Source: Kudoa neothunni
Lineage: Eukaryota; Animalia; Cnidaria
Direction: 5' to 3'
DNA length: 64,000 bases
Assembly (NCBI GenBank): GCA_964304625.1
Contig: OZ199839.1
Span: 1,676,093-1,740,092, forward strand
Notes under the pieces: model-generated
Seen by the model: only the letters and a program-made list of their open reading frames with translations
The model's database searches: none
Told to the model about the DNA's origin: nothing
In this document: positions 56,011 through 64,000 of the stretch, piece after piece
How the letters are laid out: the number at the start of each line of letters is the position of its first letter
Position numbering within the stretch: position 1 is the stretch's first letter
Position numbers and translations under genes: made by a program

Positions 56011-56169
56011 TTAATAATATCATTATCTGGTGATTACTGTCAGATTTCCACGTTTGTACTCTTACTGGAAACTATATTTCAGGTTGCACTAAATAACATC
56101 AATATTTGGATGTTTTTTGTCATCATGTTAAGGCGTCAAATCAAAAGCGATAACTTTTTGGATATAGTC

Positions 56170-56570
56170 CATAAGTGAAAGCAAGCATGGGTCATTCACT
56201 TTCTGTTGTTCCAATCGCGACAGAACAACACAACCTTGGTATCGCAAAATGCTTGCTATGCAGAAAATTATTAAAGGGAAAAAGACGAAACGGTAGCAAA
56301 ATTTGATGAAATTGAAGCTCTTGCATTCAAAAACGAACTCAGATTCTTAAAGCACAGCTACCATCATTCAATGAGGTTTTAACAAATTCAAACGTTTAAA
56401 ATCATGATTTTTAAAATTATTCCAAATTTAGGTACTTATTATGAGAATAATAATTAATAAAAATGGGAAAAATTGTTCATATTTGACATCGGCAACATTT
56501 ATTTAGCATAAATGCTTATACAAATTTTTCATATGTATTCCTGTAGCGGAACCCCGTCTGAAACCCACTG
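56170..56570 (+). mobile_element. hAT/Charlie fragment (BED-finger stub and right terminus)
   Basis: AKCLLCRKLL stub; terminus gcggaaccccgtctgaaacccactg|ctctaa typical of Charlie right ends. Confidence 0.4.
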
Positions 56571-57896
56571 CTCTAACAGCATGGTATGCGCAAACATCGC
56601 CAAATAAATATTTTTGAGCTCTTCTTTTGTTTGGTTTAAATGTTCATTCGATACTTAATCTTAATGCGCAATTCAGCCATTTTTAATATGGAAGAACCGA
56701 TTTATATGCTGTGAGTATGTATCACATTCGAATCTTGTCATAATAATTTGAATTTTATACAGAATTTTTTTTTTAAATTATACTAAGATATCGCCGTTTT
56801 GCAGAAAACACATTAATTGACCAAGAGACTACTATGTTGAAGAACCAAGAAACATGCACAACTTAAATTCAAACCAACTCATAACAACAGCAATAATAAC
56901 AATTTTTCAATTATTTCGACCTAGGAAAAAATTTCCGAGCGTTTTTCTTCTCGACAGTTTCTGTCTCATATGCTCACTTTCAGGGTCGATCGGCCCATTA
57001 ATGGGCCAAAGTGTATCGTCTTTGTAGTAGCTATTGAGACCCTAAAGATCACCGATAAAATCTTTCGTTGTTTCTTTATTATATACTATTTTTAGTGCAC
57101 TCATTGGAATTATCAATGCACTAACCACGTAAAACGTACTCCTGACGTGATTCATCGTTTGTTTAAATCGAAGATCGCGCGCACTCCGCTTAAATTCTTA
57201 TAATCCATTCTGGATTTGAATCGAGATAAATGCGCATGAGCTAGAAATTCGTTTCTTTAATTTTTTAGAATCGATGCTGTAGTCATAGACTAAACATATT
57301 TTATGTGTGTGTTGTGTAGATATCATTACACAAATCGAAATCGCATAACTTTTCAAATATGTTCATTTTACGTTATGTTTATATAAATAAATTCCGGATT
57401 TATTTCGAAGATACATTTTTATATGGATTTTTTGAATGAATAAAATTGTCAGCAAGCGATACTAATCAATGTCTAAACATTCTGTAATAAATGACTATAT
57501 AAAAATATGTAATGAAGAGGCGATGAACAATGATTTTAAATTAGATGAGACGGTTACCTTTTTTATTCGAACCAGAATTGAGATTTTCAGTACTCACAGA
57601 AATTGATATCGATATTACATATCATAGTATACTCGTGCCTAGGTTATTATTTTGAACTATGTACGATTTTAACGAAATCACGTATCGCTTACTTAGTAAT
57701 ACTTCTAAATAAAACAAAAATTAATTTATAGCGAATAATATAAATGAATTTCCATAATAAAAGTTCAAAAGAAATAAATCTCATATTTACACTGTATAAA
57801 TTCACGAACTGAATAGGAAATGCGTTTATGAATTACCTTGGTTATTTTATACAAATATCATTAAATATTATAATTTATATGCATATATATATTCGA

Positions 57897-60615
57897 GGGA
57901 TGGCCAAACCGTGGTGTGGCTCTTGAAAAAATTTTTTTAGTCGAATTTTTTTAAATTCAATAAACGCATTAATGCAGAAAAAATTAAAAGTTTGAACTAT
58001 TTAATCAAGTGAAGAAATGAACTCTTTAATCGTAACCTAGATAATATTTTTGATTAGGAAACATAATTACGAACTAATGTATGTATAGTTGTAATATTTG
58101 ATGCACGCCAGAATTAATACTACAATAGCCAACCGATAATACGCCCTTTCATTGATATGATGTATTCAAAGTTTATATTGGGTGAAACATTTTACAGTAG
58201 ATAAGGGACCGTTCGTAACTTTTTTGAGGTGCGCGCGCTTCGTTGTTTCAAATCACACAGGGTATATAGAGTTGATAATTAAAAAAAATTTATTTTTTGT
58301 AGAAATATTCCATAGCTTTAGGATTTTAGATGTTTTTATAACTATTTAATGTATTTCGTCTTCAATATCCTTAAGTATATTCGTATTTTTTCGAATCATG
58401 CTCGATAAGGTATTACTTAAGTTTGTCAAAATAAAATAGGACAGTTTTAGAAATTAATATTTTTATTTTTTTATATTTGAAAATAATAAATATCCTCGTT
58501 GATTTCAATTTCTGTGGCATCGTCTGGATATTCATTAACTTTTATGATATTTTCATGTTCATCGGAAAGATTGTCATTGCCGATAGCCACGACGTTTGAT
58601 ATTATTTCATCGTTGTTCATTTCATTTATCTCATTAAAAAAATTTGTATTCTAAATTTTAATCGTCGTTTTTATCTAAATTATCAGTAATAATAAAAATA
58701 TTATTTGAGATTAGATTTCGCCACAACAAAACAATTAAAAAAGTAGATTTAATCATCGAATCCCAAGAATTTGCAATTAAAAAGTGCATTAAAAATATTA
58801 GAAGATACAGGCTCCATCGAAGCTTTGGTGGAAGAAATATGGAGTTTTATCGTATATACTTTATAATGGAATTTAAACGAGTATACTATGCTCTCATCTA
58901 TGGGTCGGAGAGCACTGGGGATGTTTTTGGGAAGAAAAATTAGTTTAATATTTGAATATTCCAATTTTCCATGACAGCTTTATTTGTCTAAAAACAACAA
59001 ATAATTTCTATGTTGTTTTTTAAGTATGCCGTATTTTCTGAGATCAGACTGCGCTTGAATGCGCCAACTATATCATCCTTTTTAATTAAACCGAAACAAT
59101 GTAGATTAGGATGATGTATTACAAAATTTCTTAGTTCTTGATTTTACCTCTGCTTTTGACTTACTGTCAAAATAATTTCTTTTTTTTATTTTTCAGAAAT
59201 AGATCTAACACTGTTTTGTATTTTTATCTTCAATCATTAGTTTGTACAAAAAACTGGACGTTTATGTTTATTCATCCGCAATGTTACGAACCACATGTCA
59301 ATCTATCAAAATAAGGAAAAATACAAAAATTTAATTATTAGACAGATAATATTTTTTCCACTTAATGCGTATTTTGAGTTAAAATTTAATAATTCATTTC
59401 CTTTATAATTTCAAATTTTTACATATTTTTGAAAGTTACGAACCTGCCCTCATCGACTATATAATATTTTTGTGACTGTAACAAAATAAAAGTCTTAAAA
59501 ATATTTTTGAATTAAATTAAGAAATTACCAATCTGTTATATCACGTGACTAAATGATAATACGCACTTTTTCTGCCAAATCACGTAGATTAAATTGTTTT
59601 TATTGGAAACGAAAGTAAAATCTTAATTCTGACGGTTGAATTTTTGAACAAATAGAAACGTGTTTTGAGATATCTATCCAATATGATCATTTCCATGAAA
59701 ATGAAAACAGAATAAATTTTATTTCAAGACAATGTTAGTTGGCAATTAGAGAATTGTATAGATGCACATAAATAAATTTTTTACGATTTAAATGTAAACA
59801 TTTTTTTTCATATTGTGCTAAAATATGAATAAGAAATGAAATAATATTTATAATTTTTCAGAACTAATTATTCTCTAAATTTTATCCCAGTGTGTAAAAA
59901 GATACAAATATTTTATCAATAAATATGATTAAAACAAAAATTGTGATTTATTTTTCGGCCAAATAATCTTAATAATGGTTTTCGTTATTCAATTAAATAA
60001 AAAGTGTAATACCTATGCTGAAAAATAAAGGAAACACAAAAAAATAATAACCGCGCACGCATTTCGATGCGTATTATAGGTTGCCTACTGTGGTTTCGTT
60101 GGGAAATACAATTAGGACTAATGTTTATCCGTTAGCAAAGTGATATATATCGTATGAATAAAATAAGCGTTAGAGCTTTAAAAAGGGGAGTAAATGAGTG
60201 GAATTGAGAATGGCCGCAGACTTGTTTCTTAATTAAACTAGAAATGATCGGGCTCATATCTTGACGCCACTAAATTTTCCGACACATACTGTCTCAAAAA
60301 TGCGAAAATTGTTTGTTAGAAGCGGAGATTAAGTGATAATTCAAATTTTATTATTGTACGAAAAAAGCTATGGATTCTTTAAATATAAAAAAAGAAAATA
60401 TGATGTCAACAAGCGAATATTAGACCTAGAATGGGAAGAAGAGTTTGTCTCTACTGTAGTAGGGGAAAAGCCATTGTGTCTTATTTGCGATATGCTTTTA
60501 AGTCAATAAAACTTCTAACCTGAAACGAGATTATGATGAAAATCACGGACAATTTTCTCGTGATTATCCTCGTAAGTCTCAAGTAAGAACCAATAAGCTA
60601 TGTTCTCTAAAGTAG
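57897..60615 (+). mobile_element. hAT (SPIN/GTF2IRD2-like) relic hosting a nested Tigger
   Basis: Left end gagggatggccaaaccgtgg..ggctc; transposase N-terminus at ~60370-60612 KKRKYDVNKRILDLEWEEEFVSTVVGEKPLCLICD...SNLKRDYDENHGQFSRDYP. That the end and the ORF belong to one element is inferred. Confidence 0.6.
58195..59459 (-). mobile_element. pogo/Tigger deletion derivative
   Basis: TA|cagtagataagggaccgttcgtaacttt / aaagttacgaacctgccctcatcgacta|TA TIRs; DDE_1 remnant SNIKLIFLPKNIPSALRPIDESIVYSFKFHYK. Confidence 0.87.
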
Positions 60616-60623
60616 AAAGTAAA

Positions 60624-61800
60624 CCTCCTTATGCCGCGCGGGAAAAATCACTCATGTTCCGATGGGATCCGCCCAGGCCAAGAAAAAAACTGTCTTAATC
60701 GTGTTTTAATCTTTTTGTGTCATGTTTAAACATTCTTTCAACTATTTATAAGATGTTCTGTGTAGGAAATTTAATTGATTATGAAGCATTAATAGGCTTC
60801 AGAACAAAGTCCCATAATGCATCAATATCGGTTATTTAAAGTAAGAAAGAATCTAACAGCATCAAAATTCAAATTAATTAGATTCCATATGAAAAAAATA
60901 TAGTTTAGAACCTATAGTCCACTTCTAATCTAAATAAGAAATTGCAAGTAAAAGTGATCCGAGCGCATATCAACGGCGGCAGCTTTTCTGTATGAAATGG
61001 GAAACATCAAATTAACCATAAACAGATTAAACTGAATAAATGTGTCTCGGCTTTAATTTATAATTTGGCGTAATTTTTAAGACATATATAAAAGGCAAAG
61101 TTCAAATTAACTCTTGAAATTTGATTTATACATCTTTTCTTGTCAGACATATATGTTATTTGAAAACACAAGATTTGTCGTTTACCTCTGTTATTCAATC
61201 CTTAATTTTCATTTTATTTATCTGTTTTAAACATTTTCCTTATAAATTTAATAATATCAGAAGTAGGTTTTCATAGTTACAAAGTTAAGTGAAATGACCC
61301 AAAATCCCACGATTTTTAAACTACGTTTTGATTCTCTCTGATAATCATCAAAATTATAAGTTGGTCGGAGGAACTATTTCCATCCTTCTATAGACAAGTT
61401 TAAAGTAACGAAAAGTACATCCGGAAATTAGAAAGTTATTTTTGGATCAAGAGTCGGTAATCCGCGGTGAAGTTCTATAACATGCGAAGATTCATCATTT
61501 ACTCAATTAAATGTAACATCTAAAATTTTTAAATTACTTTGATGAGATAACAATATTTTTATTCGATATATATGTGTTTTCACAAAAAACGAAACATATT
61601 TTTGTTTGTAGAGTCAAAAAAATCATTAAAATCAGCCGATAAAAAATTTTTTTAAATATAATGTTTTTGCGCCGTTCGAAGTGTTTTAAACTTCTAGAGG
61701 GATTCCGAAATTTCCAGATGGCTTAAATTTGTCTACCTAAGACTAGGTTCAAATTAGTCGGATTCGTGGTCCACGCGGACGCGACTCCGGACATTGAGGG
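60624..61800. mobile_element. Probable piggyBac-type MITE
   Basis: Right end ggacattgaggg|TTAA; left end is GC-rich and degenerate, and truncates the hAT reading frame. Confidence 0.45.
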
Positions 61801-63133
61801 TTAAGGACAATATGAGCATTGTTATAATAAAATAAAAACCTACCCGTTTTCTTTTATGAACCTCTGATTCATATCTTTGAGGATCTGATTAAACATAAAT
61901 GAAGATAATCACACATTCATTTGTAAATGACACTAAACTGAAAGCTCTTTAATTCCCCTAAAATAGCGATTTCACCTAAAATTTTATTATTATGTGATTG
62001 AAATTTTTCTTCGATCATTGTAGAAGTGATAAACATCATAGCACGCTTTTTAATTGTTTTACACCCTTATATTGTGCTAATTTTTAATAGCGGGCGTACG
62101 CTGTATCAGCTGTTCATAAAAATGAGCCGTCTCATACAAATTTAATATGTATTCTGGATTGTATCTTGACAATATCTTTGAAAAATTTCTCATCCATAAA
62201 TAAATATATTTATAATCAACGCTCTCCTTCTCCGTACAATTTGAGTTTTTCAGAACGTAACACCTCCTGAAATTATTAAACTAACTCTCGGTTCCGCCGA
62301 AACCATTTATTCAAATATCTTTGGAAATAATACAAGATTTTTCGATCATTAGAAAAACTAGATAATATTTTTTATTTCGCATTGAAACTATCCAATTGTA
62401 AAAGTTATTTTAATATCCTTACATTGTCGGGGTTTAAATATTTTTCATAATTTTGAAATGATTGAATCTATAGGTTCGTCTTATTTAGATGAACTTTTAT
62501 CAAGATTTAAGAGACCTATTTTAAATTATCGAACAATATTGGAATGAATATAAATTGGTAAACCGAAACGTCTTACAATAATATTAGTAACACCGCGTAT
62601 AGACTTAAAAAAATTATAGTAATCTATTACTTTTATTATATCTTTATTAGTTATTTGAGAACATGCCATACTTTTTATAGTGTATCCGTCAGATTAAAGG
62701 GATTAAAACCAAAAAATGAATTACGTAATGATGAGACACAATGTTTATCCTAATTTGATTTATATCCGCTAGTTAAAAATTTTTGTGTTTTCGTATAATT
62801 ATTCATTTAAGCATATTGAATATGATTTTTATGTTTTTTTAGTGAATTAAAGCACATAATACTAATAAAGCTAAATTGCGCAGTATCGGGTCACAACTGT
62901 ATCACATACTTCACGCATACGTCAATAATGATAATTTTTAATCACAATAACTCTTACTCACAAATTACTTAAAAATTTAATAAGTTAGAATCTGTCATAA
63001 TTATTTCTAGGCTTTGGAGTTAAGTAACGGACTACAAATAATCAATTATAATCAAAATTAAAGGCACCTAAATGACATGGAGAAAATTTGTCCGATAGAA
63101 GACTTGCACGCGTACGCGCAATCGCGTCTGACG

Positions 63134-63260
63134 TGGGTACGGCAAATTCGTGAGTTTTATTCGTGTTCGTTCATACGAACAAAAATTGTTAAAAGTCAAA
63201 ACGTACGAACACGAACGAAATCATAATTTCAAATTTTTGAACGAACGGATCTTCGCCCTG
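63134..63260. repeat. Small MITE-like unit with inverted ttcgt/acgaa(c) subterminal arrays
   Basis: ttcgtgttcgttc at left, acgaacacgaacgaa and gaacgaacg at right. Confidence 0.35.
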
Positions 63261-64000
63261 AGGGAATCTAAATATATCGGTCGTTTAAGAAAGTATTGGA
63301 TTTTAGAGACAATTAACTGGATATTAACGAACAATATCTGTATATGGTTTCAAAAATAAATTATTTTTAAATTAAAACTTACATTTATTGGCTGAATTAC
63401 GATTTAAATTGGCACATTAACTATGTTAGCGGCTTTGAGTGAGAAATATGGTTTATGATATTTTCTTAATTATACCTGAAGCATTTGGGTGATAGCTAGA
63501 TCACGATTGGAGGATAATAACGTCGTTTTCAACCTTATTCAAAAAGATTTTCTGATTATTTTATCATGATCATAACATATTTCACCATTTTCGCGGTAAA
63601 TTTTCTAACGCAGACTTAAGAAAACCGCATGAGAGAGTTTCCACAACTAATGATTTTCGTGATTACAGAAATTTTTTTGAATCAAAGTTATGAATAAGGA
63701 GGCGAACAAGAAAATTTTTTAATTGTTGAAAAGATCGATTGTGGTGTGGAATTAAAAAGAATCAATAACTATTTCATATTGCGCATAACTAACAGTTAGA
63801 TTTATTAACTTTATTGTTGGAATAGATCAGCAGTTTCAACACGGTCAACGAGTTCATGCGTTAACAATTTCTTTTGTGGATTTTTTCGCAATTAGAAAAA
63901 ACTCTCTCGGAGCTCGAGGTGCCGGTAGGTTTCGAAAAAATAATTGTTACCAGCTTTTTTAGATTTCGATATTTAGAATCCTTCAATAGTCTAAGGCGGG

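Overview
Very AT-rich eukaryotic (animal-type) nuclear DNA; no prokaryotic features, CRISPR arrays, rRNA or intact tRNA genes were seen. Genes are compact and highly divergent, with very short GT-AG introns (mostly ~35-85 nt). I could reconstruct them by hand across introns: MCM6 (5' part), a secreted Cys-rich orphan, a probable URB2, PITRM1, DDX42, a SLC35A4-uORF/STMP1-like microprotein head-to-head with METTL6, PFDN5 and PDCD4. The spacers are packed with mostly decayed transposons: several piggyBac, hAT/Charlie, Merlin, MULE, pogo/Tigger, probable Helitron, and one tRNA-derived SINE. This style suggests a reduced parasitic metazoan such as a myxozoan, but that is inference and I cannot confirm it. 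I found no clearly new multi-gene system. The best leads are the stand-alone SLC35A4-MP-like microprotein packed against METTL6, a secreted three-finger-like orphan with a possible TGA-containing micro-exon, and a nested piggyBac whose 5' end is itself a self-contained MITE-like cassette. Family assignments come from remembered motifs, not database searches; inner exon boundaries are hand-read.
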